Source: Chrysomallon squamiferum (Eukaryota; Animalia; Mollusca). Taken from it: a DNA stretch of 64,000 nt. Positions 51,801 to 64,000 of the stretch are shown piece by piece (the stretch's first letter is position 1; the number at the start of each line of letters is the position of its first letter). Both the position numbers and the translations under genes were made by a program. The DNA lies in NCBI GenBank assembly GCA_012295275.1, contig CM022665.1, forward strand, positions 24,552,001 through 24,616,000. The letters are read 5' to 3'. A model generated the notes under the pieces. That model saw nothing but the letters and a program-made list of their open reading frames with translations. It did not search any database and was not told where the DNA came from.

Positions 51801-54800
51801 TATAAACATTCAGGAATTCTGGCAATCAATCCAGATGATGTCAAATGGTTAGAACATTTAAAACAATTGGTGGTTATAAAAAAACAACTTTAAAAATAAA
51901 GAGATTATATGGTTTTAACTAAAGGTACATTCTTATGTCTCAAACAAAGATATAAATAATGAGAATAAAATTATATACATTTTTTATAATGTTTAATAAA
52001 TAGGTAAAGTACTTTGAAAGTGATGTCCAAAATACTGAAACAAGAAAACTAATGAAGCTTCTGTTTTGAAACAACTGAGTGACTTATTTAAAACTATTAT
52101 TTACAATCCATTATGTTTTGATTAACAGAAGCTTGCATATAATTACAAATATTTTTCTTGTAATGTTGTACAGCTGTGAGATGGAATATATGAAACAGAG
52201 ACATCTTAAAGGGAACTGGCTTGCATACTGGGAACATGAACTAGGTTGGTCTGTTATGATATATTTTAAAGTGATAAGATGCAGTAACAGTTGTTGTACT
52301 ATTATTATTATTATTATTGCTTCTGCTCAGGGCTCATATTAGTCATTTGTCATTTTAGCCAATGCAAATGTACCATTTTGTCTTTTAAACCTACTTTTAT
52401 GTATTTATTATTTGTTATTCATATGACAGAAAATCCAAACATTTATTTTTTAACAACACTGTGCTTGTTACAAGAGCAAATATTTCAAATAAACTCTGTG
52501 TCAAAGATCAAAATGTGTTAGAAGACTGATCTTTATATTTGTTCTTTTCTTTGTTTTAGGTTTACATGAACGTGATACTCTGTTTAACTTCAAGCAAATA
52601 AAACTACAGACTTTTGTTGGTAAATATACTGGTGGTGGTTTTGGGGTGTTTTTGTTTTTTAGTTGTTGTTTATGTACATTTTAAAATTAATTTGTTTAAC
52701 ATTTCTATTTCTTGAACTTGTAAACTATGATGTCCAAAACTTTCTGTTTATATTTCTAGTAATACAATTTCCTGGTGCTTATACACTTGCCTAACACGTA
52801 AATGCTTTTTTATAAGATACACATGTTATTAAACTACTTACCTGTAAACTCATATAAACTCGTATAAATACTGCAACTTTTTGATACAGTGATTGCATTT
52901 TATTTTATTTGACCAGTGCAGTGAATCAAATACCTTATTAAAGTTGATTAGCAGATCGAATAATGATTCAGTTTAATATAAATCAGTGTAGCCTTGAACA
53001 TTTTTGAGAGAGGCATAACTTTTTTTTTCATATTATAAAAGCACCTATAAATTCAAAATATATCTTTATACTTACATCTGTCTATATGTTTATTTATTTA
53101 TCAATCTTTCTGTCTATCTATCTAAATGAAAATCATTTGTTACTTTTCCCTATGAAGGTCATACGGGCAGCATTCGGTCACTATGTGTGATGGACAATGA
53201 GAGTTCTTTTATCAGTGCCAGCAAGGACAAGACTGTGAAGTTGTGGTCTGTAACTAGTCAAGGAGATGGGTCAAGCAGGTTTATTTCTTTTAAACATTAT
53301 AATATCTCATTGTTAGTTATTTATTATGAAAAAAATCTATAGCTAAGAAATAATAGGGACAAAATTTCGCTCTTAACCTTTGAAGTCTGAGCTGTAAGAA
53401 ATAAGAAAAAAAGAATTCTTACCAAAACATTCTTATTATTTTTATGCAGGTAATGTTTTAATGACTCCTGATAACTTTTAAGACTAAAATGTATTAGTGC
53501 ATTATTAAATATTTGTGTACTTTTTGTGTTGAAGATAATGTTAACTCAGTACATGGGAGTTTACTGCATACATGTTATATTGTAGAGTGTCATTCCAGTG
53601 GAATTACACAAAGCATAAGAAGTCAGTATTCTCTGTGGCATTTGTCGACAGCAGAAGACTTGTAGCTTCGTGTGATAGTACTGTGCACGTGAGTTTTACA
53701 TTTTCATGATTTTTTACTTACATTTTATTCAACTTGGAAACAAAAGAGGGAAGTTGCAATTTACATTTTATTCTACTTGAAAATGAAAGGGGAAAAACAG
53801 TAGTCAGTATCCTGAAATGCAAATAATCTTATAAAATACTTTGATCTAAAATATATATTTTGGTATATCTTTCAGGAAATTACAACAAGTAGTTGACTGA
53901 TTAAATAACAAAATATTGTTTTGGAATCTTAAGAAACAAAAAATAATTCTGCATTGAAAAATATATCCCATTTCAACCAGTACCCCCATAACTGATTTAC
54001 TTAAGGCAAGAGAGGCATTATGCAAAAACCTTATGTTTGATAACTAACAATCACAGACATTAAGAGGTGTTATGGTGTCAACATTTGTATTTGTTGATAA
54101 TTTGTATAATTTTCTAGATTTGGGATCCATTTACTGGTGAACTCGTGGATCAGCTGGAATCAGCCAAGTATGCTCCAGTTGTAGCCCTAACTGCATTACC
54201 TGCTCCCAGCACCTTGGTTGTCACAGCAACAACCGAAGCAACATTGAGGTACATTTTTAATTCATGTATTATTTCGAGTAAATATTTTTGTAATAATTAT
54301 TAGACCCCATCACCAAATAAAACTAACAGAGCTCAATAAGTCATTCTTGTAATTCTGTTCATTCACTGGTAAATATTTTTATGAAATAAAATAGTAATAG
54401 TTTTTAATGAGAAGAATATTAAAGAGAAAAAAATAAATAAATAAATAAATAAAATAAAATATCAATTACATTTTCATGATAAATAAATGTATTGCTTACA
54501 TTTTACACACACTTAGACACTTGTGCATACTCACACATACACACATGCACAGAGAGACAGACAAACAGAAGTATACAATGCCAGATGTGCACTTTTCTTT
54601 TGTGAATAGTGAATGATGTATTGTTTACATCCAGGTTTCTTGACACCAGAATTGCTAAATATGCTCATGAGTTCAGATGTACTGTGACACCAGCAGGTGT
54701 GTATGTTATTTTATTTTGCTCAGAGATTTGTTGTTTGTAATTTATTTTCATTATCTTCCTGCAATGCGACATTTTCTTACAATCTCCTAAACATCATAAT

Positions 54801-57049
54801 GCCTATTCATCACTGCTGATAGATGCTTTTTTACACACCGTTACTAAAATCTCTTTTATAATTAATTTTTACCGTTTATTTATTTGCATGGCACATCTAG
54901 AAAATTATTTTTGTCATATTGTAGAAGCTTTAGCATTTTAAAAATTTTACTCCTTATTTGTTTATACAGCTAACATAGAAAAAATTATTTTTACAATATT
55001 GCAGAAATTTTTTTTATTATTTTGTAATATTATTCATGCATAATTAATTTTTACTGTTTATTTATTTGTGTGGTACATCTTGAAAATTATTTTTGTAATA
55101 TTGGAGATGCTTCAGTATTTTTAATTTTTACTCCTTATTTATTTGTATGACATATGTAGTAAAATTATTCATGTTTCTAGGTTTCATCCGATGTGTGACT
55201 GTCAGTCCAGATGGCAGCTGGATTGCTGTGGGGTTTGCTACTGGGGTAATATCAATACTTGAAGCAAACAGTGGACTCCTGATCAGTACATGGAAGGCCC
55301 ATGAAGGTGAAATCTTGCAGGTGAGATATTATGTTTTATATTTAATGAGCTAATTATTTTTGTCACTAGAACTGTATTAAAATATTGCATTTTCAAAATT
55401 CATATGTTTGGTTAATGCTTCTTTCAAGCAATGTTAAAAAAAAAAAAAAAAATTTTACATAAAATTTATAATTTAAAAATTAATTTTAAAAATGTTGGTT
55501 AATTTGAATAATGAATTGGTTTAAAATTAATTCTGTTTTTATATATCCAATATAAATTGTAAAACTGAAGATTCTTACGGGCTTTATTTATTATTTATTT
55601 TATTCTTTTGGCATAGTAAGACTTGGAGAATGTTTTATGTTTAATACCTGGTTTTTTGTTTGATTATTTATTTTTTATATTTTTTTGTTGTATTGAAGTT
55701 TCAGAATGAGTACACTTTTTCTTTAAGGTAATTATTTTGGTTGGTGGTCTTACGTTTCTGATAAATGAAACAAGAATACACTTGTTTTCTGTTTTTCCTT
55801 TTTACCAATATTTTGTTCCAGATTAAAGCTTTCAGCAAAAACAAGCTGGTTTCTTCTTCATTTGATCAGACAATGAAATTATGGAAGGTAGAAGATGCCT
55901 CTTTAATATTGGTCCTTAAAGGTATTCAGTCAGCATTTGACACAAAATATATCTTCTCTGCAAAATTTACCTTGAATAAATTCTTTCGTTGAAATAAATT
56001 TTCACCTGTAGAGAAAGAGTTACACTTTACTTTTATGCATTGTTTCTAATTGAAATATAGATATATACTGATTTTTACTATTTTAAAGAGAAACTGTTAA
56101 AATACTGCAGTACTGAACAAAAACATTTTGGGATCATGAGTGTGCACTATTCAGTTAGAGTTTTAAACAAGAACTACGTGACAGCTAATAAGTTTTTGTC
56201 CTCAAAACAAACAAAAATACATTTTTCCTGTATGTGTTCCATATCTTTGAAGAAATATTGTCACACAGTGGAAAATATTTTCAACATTTCTAACATTTAT
56301 TATTGTCATTACTATTATGTTGTTCAGAATTTATTTATTTATTATTCTTTTTATCTTTATTCTTTAAAAAAAAATAAAAAAAATAGGTAAAAACATGAAA
56401 AGTAATTTCATGCCGATTTTAATATAAATTTTAATATTTAATAATTACAGGACCCAGTGAGCCAGTTCACTGTATCTGTTTCTATAGAAATCAAATACTT
56501 AGTGCAACAACAGGCAACAAGATAGGGCTCCACACATCCATTGATGACACAGTATGTATAATTTGAATTCTGTAATTTGTATTTAAATAAGTTCTAAAGT
56601 TGGCTGGTTTGTATTTTATTACAGAAAAATATGTGAAAAATATGTTTTTTCAACATAATTATCTTTTAAATTATTTATTCAAATAGCTTAATTTATTGTT
56701 GTGTTTTTGATATCATTGTACATATGGAAATACAATGCTGGTTTTAAGATTTTGAATTAAATAGAATTAAGATTACATATTTGTTGAATATAATTCCATT
56801 TAACACTTATATGAATGTATTTTCAGCTTTAACAGAATAAAAATATTTTAAATTCAGTCTTTTTTTAAAGTAGTCTTTGTTATTAGCACATGCATGATCT
56901 GTTTTATTTCAAATTTCTAGGCATCCTTTTCAAGTACAAAACTGAGAACTGATACTTTTAAAGGAGTTTTGACGTCCATGGCTCTCCTTCCTATGAACAG
57001 GTCACTTCTTCTTGGTGCAGACAATGGCAGCATACGTCTCCTTTGTTAA
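39769..57049 (+). CDS. WDR81: WD repeat-containing protein 81 (BEACH plus C-terminal WD40), complete, 26 exons, about 2043 aa
   Basis: Phase-consistent exon chain totalling 6132 nt. BEACH motifs [70 protein letters not shown]; also [36 protein letters not shown]40 repeats, and C-terminal [30 protein letters not shown] typical of WDR81. Confidence 0.96.
41094..41272 (+). CDS. WDR81: WDR81 exon 2
   Basis: CAG/GTAAAA, phase 0-2; VSQDWWKQ...[11 protein letters not shown]. Confidence 0.88.
41552..41708 (+). CDS. WDR81: WDR81 exon 3
   Basis: TAG/GTAGCC, phase 2-0; [15 protein letters not shown]. Confidence 0.88.
42140..43465 (+). CDS. WDR81: WDR81 exon 4 (kinase-like segment and BEACH domain)
   Basis: CAG/GTATTG, phase 0-0, 442 codons. 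Confidence 0.96.
43734..43916 (+). CDS. WDR81: WDR81 exon 5 (end of BEACH: [12 protein letters not shown]...[13 protein letters not shown])
   Basis: TAG/GTTTGT, phase 0-0. Confidence 0.94.
44247..44302 (+). CDS. WDR81: WDR81 exon 6 ([18 protein letters not shown])
   Basis: CAG/GTAAAT, phase 0-2; needed to bridge the phases of exons 5 and 7. Confidence 0.7.
45448..45607 (+). CDS. WDR81: WDR81 exon 7 ([23 protein letters not shown])
   Basis: TAG/GTATAA, phase 2-0. Confidence 0.85.
46042..46223 (+). CDS. WDR81: WDR81 exon 8 ([19 protein letters not shown])
   Basis: CAG/GTAAGA, phase 0-2. Confidence 0.9.
46562..48189 (+). CDS. WDR81: WDR81 exon 9 (includes acidic/Ser-rich linker)
   Basis: CAG/GTATTT, phase 2-1; [31 protein letters not shown]. 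Confidence 0.95.
48529..48668 (+). CDS. WDR81: WDR81 exon 10
   Basis: TAG/GTAAGA, phase 1-0; [12 protein letters not shown]. Confidence 0.93.
49039..49158 (+). CDS. WDR81: WDR81 exon 11
   Basis: CAG/GTAAAC, phase 0-0; [18 protein letters not shown]. Confidence 0.92.
49480..49747 (+). CDS. WDR81: WDR81 exon 12
   Basis: CAG/GTATTT, phase 0-1 (in-phase alternative donor after 49735); [10 protein letters not shown]...RLGFEMTR. Confidence 0.9.
50201..50392 (+). CDS. WDR81: WDR81 exon 13
   Basis: TAG/GTATGA, phase 1-1. Confidence 0.85.
50710..50827 (+). CDS. WDR81: WDR81 exon 14
   Basis: CAG/GTAGAT, phase 1-2; [19 protein letters not shown]. Confidence 0.9.
51018..51139 (+). CDS. WDR81: WDR81 exon 15
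   Basis: AAG/GTATGT, phase 2-1; [11 protein letters not shown]. Confidence 0.88.
51655..51847 (+). CDS. WDR81: WDR81 exon 16
   Basis: CAG/GTTAGA, phase 1-2; IVGNRIQL. Confidence 0.87.
52174..52244 (+). CDS. WDR81: WDR81 exon 17
   Basis: CAG/GTTGGT, phase 2-1; [15 protein letters not shown]. Confidence 0.92.
52560..52619 (+). CDS. WDR81: WDR81 exon 18
   Basis: TAG/GTAAAT, phase 1-1; [12 protein letters not shown]. Confidence 0.92.
53158..53278 (+). CDS. WDR81: WDR81 exon 19 (WD40)
   Basis: AAG/GTTTAT, phase 1-2; GHTGSIR...[12 protein letters not shown]. Confidence 0.95.
53586..53688 (+). CDS. WDR81: WDR81 exon 20 (WD40)
   Basis: TAG/GTGAGT, phase 2-0; HKKSVFSV...ASCDSTVH. Confidence 0.94.
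54118..54248 (+). CDS. WDR81: WDR81 exon 21 (WD40)
   Basis: TAG/GTACAT, phase 0-2; IWDPFTG. Confidence 0.94.
54635..54696 (+). CDS. WDR81: WDR81 exon 22
   Basis: CAG/GTGTGT, phase 2-1; [14 protein letters not shown]. Confidence 0.9.
54858..55170. repeat. Degenerate direct duplication in WDR81 intron 22 (about 130-bp blocks near 54858 and 55041, with an internal sub-unit of roughly 80 bp)
   Basis: ATAATTAATTTTTACYGTTTATTTATTTG...GAAAATTATTTTTGT...TTTTACTCCTTATTT occurs twice. Confidence 0.8.
55181..55320 (+). CDS. WDR81: WDR81 exon 23 (WD40)
   Basis: TAG/GTGAGA, phase 1-0; [10 protein letters not shown]. Confidence 0.95.
55822..55921 (+). CDS. WDR81: WDR81 exon 24 (WD40)
   Basis: CAG/GTATTC, phase 0-1; [14 protein letters not shown]. 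Confidence 0.94.
56451..56551 (+). CDS. WDR81: WDR81 exon 25
   Basis: CAG/GTATGT, phase 1-0; PSEPVHC...ATTGNKIG. Confidence 0.93.
56921..57049 (+). CDS. WDR81: WDR81 exon 26, terminal, with TAA stop
   Basis: TAG acceptor, phase 0; ...[14 protein letters not shown]. Confidence 0.95.
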   Translation, partial: ASFSSTKLRTDTFKGVLTSMALLPMNRSLLLGADNGSIRLLC

Positions 57050-60000
57050 ACTTCACACACAAACATTAAAACTCAGCAAAAATCGTAACATGCTAGATAT
57101 TAAAAATATAAATGGCAGCAATACTCAGTTACATGTGAAGTTTATTTATTTGTTTTATTACTGACTGGTTAACTATGCCAAATATTGTCTTTATTATTAT
57201 TATTACTTAAGCATCTTTCCCACCAGTTCAGCTTCCTTGAGGGTTATATAAAATATGCCACCTTATTAATAATTATGTTAAACTGTTAATCTTCAAAATT
57301 ATATCTTCTTCATCGAATGCATAATTAAATGAAAATGTAATTGTTACTAAATCTATTTTTATTTATGCATTCAGACTACCTACATAGTAGGCATACTTGT
57401 TTGTTGAAAGCAGTTAAAGTTTCAAGATAACATCTAAATGTTAGCAACTTCAGATGTTCTTGCAGGAAGATTCAATCACATGAAATACATAATGAAAATA
57501 TATCTTTAACAGTATTACTTGTAGAAATGATAATTATTATTATTATTGTTACTATTATTATTATTATTATTTATATTCTTGTTATTATTATTATGTTATA
57601 ATTTCATATTATTAGCAACGGAATATTAAAGTTTAAAAGGTGGAACAATTTGTTTGATTCCTTCTTTTTTTTTTGATACTGTTTATATATATTTCAGTGC
57701 AAATTTATATTTCAAATTTTTGTAATTATTTGGTTGTGTTTCTTTTGATAAGAAAGCATAATGTTTAAACATTATTTAATGTAGGCAAATTTCATTAAAC
57801 TGGTTGTTACTCATTTAAATAGCCATCTCTTGACTTCTGGAAAACAATATATATATATATATATATTATTCTTTTCTAACTCTCCCTCTCTGAGCTATTA
57901 TAATATTTATAGCTGTTCTGATCAACATAAATGATATGTATTTGTATAAATATTTCTTTTTAAAAGAAAGCTTCTGTCAAACTTGAGACTAATGCAATCG
58001 AACAGCCAAGGTTGGTTTTTCAATTATTATAATTTTTATGGATTTTATTTTTATTTTTATTTACAAAACCCATATCTCTACGTAAACATTAAAATTAATA
58101 ATTTTTACATATTTTTATTCTGTTATTCATTACTTTATAAATGTTTAAATATAATACAAAGTTAGAAGTGGAATGAGATTAAATCAAATAATTAAATCAA
58201 ATAGTGTATTATAAATAATCTTAAAGAGAAACTGAACAATATTTCTGTGCATCAGAATGGTTAATGTAAAACGGATAAAAGGGTTCAGTTTGTGGCAAAT
58301 GTTGTGCTGTAATGTTAGTCCATTTTCCTCTCTTTAAAATAAATCCAGTTTAACATATCATGTTGTAACTGCTATTTTGTTGTACTTATTTACTTGTTTC
58401 TTTTTTAATTTTTTTTAACATTTTCAATTTCAGATGACATTTATTTTTTGTAATAACCATCTTTTATTTATTAAAACAAAATTTAATTGATATTTCCATA
58501 TGCAGCAAAACTTTCATTATAATTTTGTATTTTCTTTTTTCTATTGCATACATATTAAATCATATTTATAACAGTAGTTGTTTTACAAACTAAATTCAAT
58601 GCAAAATATCCTTGACATGTTAAATCAGTTGATAATAGTTTCTTGTTTTGGAGTTTTTTCATGGAATAGACAATTTTCACAAAGATACACAATACTTTTT
58701 ATTTATATTTTTATTATTGATTTATTATTATTTAAAAAAAAATCAAACCAGTAAGATGAATTTATGTAATCATATATTTTATATTTAATATTTCTTTGAA
58801 AAGATATAAATGTATTTTGATTTTTATAATTCGGAACAGAAATTTCTTGAAAATTGGTTCTGTCTTTAAATCATTATAATGAGTTTAGGAAACAGGTTTT
58901 ATGACCATAGATTTACTAGGGTTATTTCATATTGATGACCACATTAATTATGCCTTTTCCTCACTAAAAATGTGTAAACAATATGATGGTTAATAATTTT
59001 GTCTTCTGTGAAGACTGATCAAAACACCATTAATTATGCATGTCAACATTCTCAAAGAAGGCATTCTGTCTGAACAAAATATTAAACAGATCAGATTATG
59101 CTTGAATTTGAAATGTTTATTCTAATTCCTATTAATTTTTATAAGAGAACAATATGAAATATTATTGTTATTATTTTGATTTTACTTTTCTTCATATTGT
59201 GCTTGTTTGTTTCGTTTTTGTTATGTTTTGATTTTGTGATGTTTTGTTTTTTGCTCACTATTTAACTGTCTCTTTTTTGTTAAGAATTTGTGTTCTGTAA
59301 CTTGTGTAATTCTTCTGAATTAAAAAATATAATTTAAAACCACATCTGATCTCAGTGCAGGAAAATAGAGAAAAAATAATCAGATAAATGTAGTGATTAT
59401 TTTTTAAATTATAACTGTTATACATGTATATGTATTTGCTATTTTGTGATCACATCTGTTTGCATGCTTTTAAAAAAGTAATATCTCAGCATCTGATTTA
59501 GTAACCATATATACTTTATTCATATCATCAGTGGTGAATAAATTTGTTACAATAAGTAAGAATATAAAGGAAACATAATATCACATAGGCAAATATATAT
59601 TTTTTAAGAATCATCTTTAATAACATTGTATTGTCCAGTAGTGTTAAATCAAGACTGTCAACATTTGTAATATAATTTTTTTTTTTTTTTTAATTAATTG
59701 AATGATTTACATGTGTTTTGTCAAAATCTTAGCAAACTGGAAGAAGCTTTATTTGATGTTGTTACTGTTTATCTGCTGGCTTGATGCTCATGTTATGTGT
59801 ACAAGTTACTTTTGTTTCTCTCTTTGTTTTTTTTTTTTTTTTTTTTTTTAAATAAATAATTCAGACTGCAGTATATTACCATTTATTAAATATTTTATAA
59901 TTTGTTTTACTACAACATTATATTTTGAAATGAATTTCTATGGTATTTTTAGGATCGTGTCATCTAAAGACAAAACTGCTATATATAATTTATTATTGTT

Positions 60001-63000
60001 TTATTGTTTTTTAATGACAAAATTCTCCCAAAAAATATTGTATTTTTCACTTGAAATATTTACTTTAAGTATTTTTATTATGGCCAGTTATAGCGAGCAT
60101 GCTGTAACTAACATAATTTTCTTATCATGCTACCAAATAATTTCTTTTCAGTGATATTTTCTGTCGATACAGAAAGCTTGTTATAGGTTGGTTGGATTTT
60201 TTTTGGTAATATCTTAAAAATTATGTGCAATATATTTCAGTATACAGATAAGTATTTTATATTAGAATATTTTCTCTGTATTTGATTTGAAAGCATGTAA
60301 AGGAGACATATTGTTCTCAAAGCAGTAGAATCATGGATTTATTAATATGCAATAAACATAATGTCAAATTTTTATTAAAATAACACTTCAGTAATAAGAA
60401 GTAGAATACAATAATTATTTTTTGTTTTTTTATGCTTATTAAATTTAATGTTAGAAATACAGTTAGTATGGTTATTAAATACAACTTTAAAATCTGATAA
60501 TTTCTATGTTAGTTGAAAAATGTAAAAGCTTTAAAATTTTCCTTGTAAAACTTCTATTAGAGTAACTGTGGAAACCTCATTTTACCACAGATGAATCCAC
60601 CACTCGTTTATAGATGGGTTCAAAGGATTTCATTATAAACACTGACTACAACAAACTTTAATTACAAATACATCTTTTGTTGAAGAAAACATTTTAGAAT
60701 GTCACAACGTATCAAAATATGTGAAAGACAAGAGTTTAGAATTTTTGTTCACTTGTTGAGAAACGCACATTCTTCTTTTGCAGTAAAAAATAAAAAATTG
60801 CTATTACAGTGATTTTTAAATTTTTTGTTTTCTATGTTTTTTTCTCTGGATTTTCTTTCATTTTTTTTAATTATTATTTTTTTTTTTTTACATTGCTTTT
60901 AATCTCTTGAACTGTGCATTTGTTATTTCATAAAGTTTTTTTTTTTTTTTTTAATTTATCTGAAAGTGCAGGTTCATTTATTCAGCAGGGTGGGGTGTTT
61001 TTTCAGTAACCATAATGTAACAGTATTTTTATATATATATTTTTTTTTTTGACTTTACGTTTTTCTTCAAAAGCACACCTATTTGAAAATAATTAGGATT
61101 TAAAATGATCAAAATTAAAAGAAATACAGTTATTACCAAATCCAGTCCAAAGTGAGGTTATTTTTTTAAAGGTTTTGAGATGATTCTTTTCAGTTTTCTT
61201 AGGTTAAAATTCAAGATGAAGATTATGCTTCTGGCTTATGATCAAAATTCATTTATTCCATTAGTCCATTATATTGCTTGAACAAAGAATTAAAATAATA
61301 AAATTACTTAATCAGTTATTTGTTTGTTTTATTTTACCTTTGCTGGCCCACACATGCATTAATCCAAAAAAGGAGTCGAACTCTAAATAAGAACTTAGAA
61401 CTGCTAAAATTATCAGGTATATTAGCTGCGGTGAAGGAGGTTAAATGATAGTAGTGAATTAATTACAACCGATAGTTCATTATTACAGTGGTTTTAAGAC
61501 TACCAAAGATCTTGAGGATGTTTGGGGTCAGAAGTAAAAATTTGGAAGTGAAGGCTTTTAAGAACATCAGGTATATGCAACCATACATTATGAATCGGGT
61601 ATTGCATTCAAATATTAAATATTTAGCAAGCATTGAAATTCCTTTTTCATCCTTTCTGTAACCATGAACTTTCAAACTGTTTAATTAAATGGAACAAAAT
61701 ATAAAAATAAAATTAAAATATTTAAAAACATCCAGTTCTTTTCCTACTGGCTAAATCAAATTAGAAACAAAAATATATACATGTATTTGGTGGAACATGC
61801 ATGTTGCTAATTACATTTTTTTTTTATGTATTCACATCTGCAATGTAAGATACATTGTACACATCATACAAACATAAAAATAATAACAACTAATAACAGT
61901 TAATGTAAGAATCATTTATTTAAAAATACCAAGTTCATGTACAGAACTGGAAAGCAAATAATCATTTATAATGCTTAAAAAAACTAATTAACAAAAGCTG
62001 ACAAAAATTCAACTTTAAAAAAAAAAATCTTGTAAGCATTTCTTATTTCATGTGGTTAATAAATATTTTATGTAATTTTGATACAATCATAGACAATTTA
62101 AGGTGAAACTTTAAATTAATTTATGATACATTTTGCAAAATGTAATACCATTGTGCATCTTGCAGAACAAAGGAATGATTGGCAACCATTTTGAATTTTG
62201 ATGTCACCTAACCAGTAAGAGACATTAGAGTTTGGTCTATTATCAGTTTTATTCTATGTGAAAATATTCCATCTGATGACGTGTCATTTTAAAATATGCT
62301 AAAGGATGGTTTAAATTAATGCAAAGGGGAATATTAGTGTCATGTTTTGAATGGGATATGGACAAAAGCCCCTGAATCCAAAATTGCATAGGCAGACAAA
62401 AGCCTCCAGTAGAAATGTAACAAAGAACAAAAAAAAAAAAAAAAAAAAACTGTGAAAAAACAAGTCAAGTGATTATACTTTAATATAAATTCTCTGTTTA
62501 AATTTGATCCTTCATCTTAATTGTGATTATTATCACAGCTATTCTGTAGTAATTGATTACATTGATCAAATGAACAAATTGATAATCATGCCATTATTAT
62601 GCTGATTTTGATAAAGATATGTAGTATGTATGGTTTAATAAAATGGTGGTTTGAAAAGTTGCTTTCTTTCTTTTGTGGAATATTGTCCTACTCTACATTT
62701 CATCTGGGTGGGGCTTAATTTTTCACTGGGGGTGCTTTTGTCTTACCTCGCAAATTCATTTAGGGGGGAGCTTTTTTCTATTTTTTGACTTTTTTTGTTT
62801 GTTCTACGTTCATTTTCTACACTCTGCTGATTATTTCTCTTTTAAAGAAGGCAAAGCTACACACTGTTTTAGTTGGAAGGCACTGTTAAAACATAACAAT
62901 CAGCATATTAACTTCTAATAAATATATAACAAGGAAACAAAACAAATATGTAGGCCTCTATAATATTTCAATGTACTTTTATGCTTATTTTATTTTTTCT

Positions 63001-63426
63001 CTCAAATACAAAACAAGAATACAAAGTGGACGCTTACAACAAATTTACCAATATGGAACATTTTTTTTTTTTTTTTTGAAAGATAGAACATGTTCAACTT
63101 CCAAAACGCACAATAATAACAAAAAAAATCAGTTGTTATAATAATAATAAAATATGTGGCACCAATTTCTTTGTTTAAATTAATTTGTGTTGATAAACTT
63201 GTTATCATTTTGTAAAATTAAAACAATTGAAAAATGTTTAAAGTGGTAAAACAGAAAAACAAAACATTTTCTTAAAAACTACAACGTCCCTGAGCGCTTG
63301 TATATTATAATCATTTTCTACTTAAAATTAATTTACAAGTTGCATTAGGTTTTAATATTGTTCTCTTGCAGTTAAAATTGTGGTGCTCAGGGTGGTTCCA
63401 GGATTCGTGGAGATATTATGTAGTTA

Positions 63427-63585
63427 TTATGAGCATACTCCTGAAGGCTCTGGTTTGAAAAGTTCACACAAACCCAGGTCTTTCTGTTCCACTTCATCTG
63501 ATGCTGGCTTTCTATGTTTGTGGTGGAACAAAGGAGGGAGATTTTTGTACTGAATTTCCCTCTGGAACTGCTGTCCAATATTTTT
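63427..63585 (-). CDS. Probable terminal coding exon of an unidentified gene entering from the right edge (KNIGQQFQREIQYKNLPPLFHHKHRKPASDEVEQKDLGLCELFKPEPSGVCS*)
   Basis: GC-richer island that starts exactly at a ttttcag acceptor; 52 codons ending in TAA TAA. A second frame is also open (to 63387), so the frame is not certain. Confidence 0.55.
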   Translation of the reverse strand, partial: KNIGQQFQREIQYKNLPPLFHHKHRKPASDEVEQKDLGLCELFKPEPSGVCS

Positions 63586-64000
63586 CTGAAAATATTAATA
63601 TTAAATTAACAACAACAACAACAACAACACCAATAATAATAGTATGAAATAAAGTTTATTTTCTAATGAAAAATATAAAAACAGATCAAACAATATTTAT
63701 TTATTTACTGTTTCATTTAATGATGAATTTCAGATGAAACCAAAATGGTTCATAATATCCATAAAAATGGTAAAATATACATTTCTTAAAAAGAAATTAA
63801 TACTAAAATTATGTTCTATACTAGTCCATAATTAAGAATACCTCAAGCCAAAATCAACAAAACATTCCATACACAACACTGTTTGGGATCATGGAGTGTG
63901 TCTGCTTCTTGCAGTTATTTCAATTTTGAGTGGATACATCCACTTAGCACAAGGAAAGGGTTAAGACTCATTCCTTAAAAAAGGTGAGAACATTTTCCTA

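Noticed and set aside
57050-61000. Specific polyadenylation site for WDR81
   Set aside because: Many AATAAA/ATTAAA hexamers occur by chance in this AT-rich DNA, so none can be singled out without 3' end data.
63842-63975. Possible upstream exon of the right-hand gene, including a frame with an internal TGA (selenocysteine idea)
   Set aside because: All three frames contain stops and no SECIS is evident. The AAAGGG-TTAA end looks more like a piggyBac-type repeat remnant, with no partner end visible.

Overview
AT-rich, microsatellite-rich, CpG-depleted animal genomic DNA with GT-AG introns. It looks lophotrochozoan, probably a mollusc, but that is inference from composition and protein style only. 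Two large genes lie head-to-head, with start codons about 2.37 kb apart. On the minus strand are the first 26 coding exons (about 1037 aa, ATG at 37402, running off the left edge) of a ryanodine receptor: N-terminal domains A/B/C, SPRY1 and Repeat12. On the plus strand is a complete 26-exon WDR81 orthologue (39769-57049, about 2043 aa; BEACH plus WD40). I assembled both exon chains by hand and both are phase-consistent. A probable terminal exon of a third, unidentified minus-strand gene lies at 63427-63585. The most interesting unannotated signals are all in the RyR 5' region. They are a second candidate first exon (MDFEDSDQLYASYNTLRT, 27760-27813), two in-frame basic cassette micro-exons (33 and 63 nt) at the domain A/B junction next to a 28-bp tandem array and YCAY clusters, and a roughly 200-bp near-perfect intronic inverted repeat that abuts the exon 2 acceptor. 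There are also Tigger/pogo-like non-autonomous elements in RyR introns. Most short ORFs in the supplied track are spurious.
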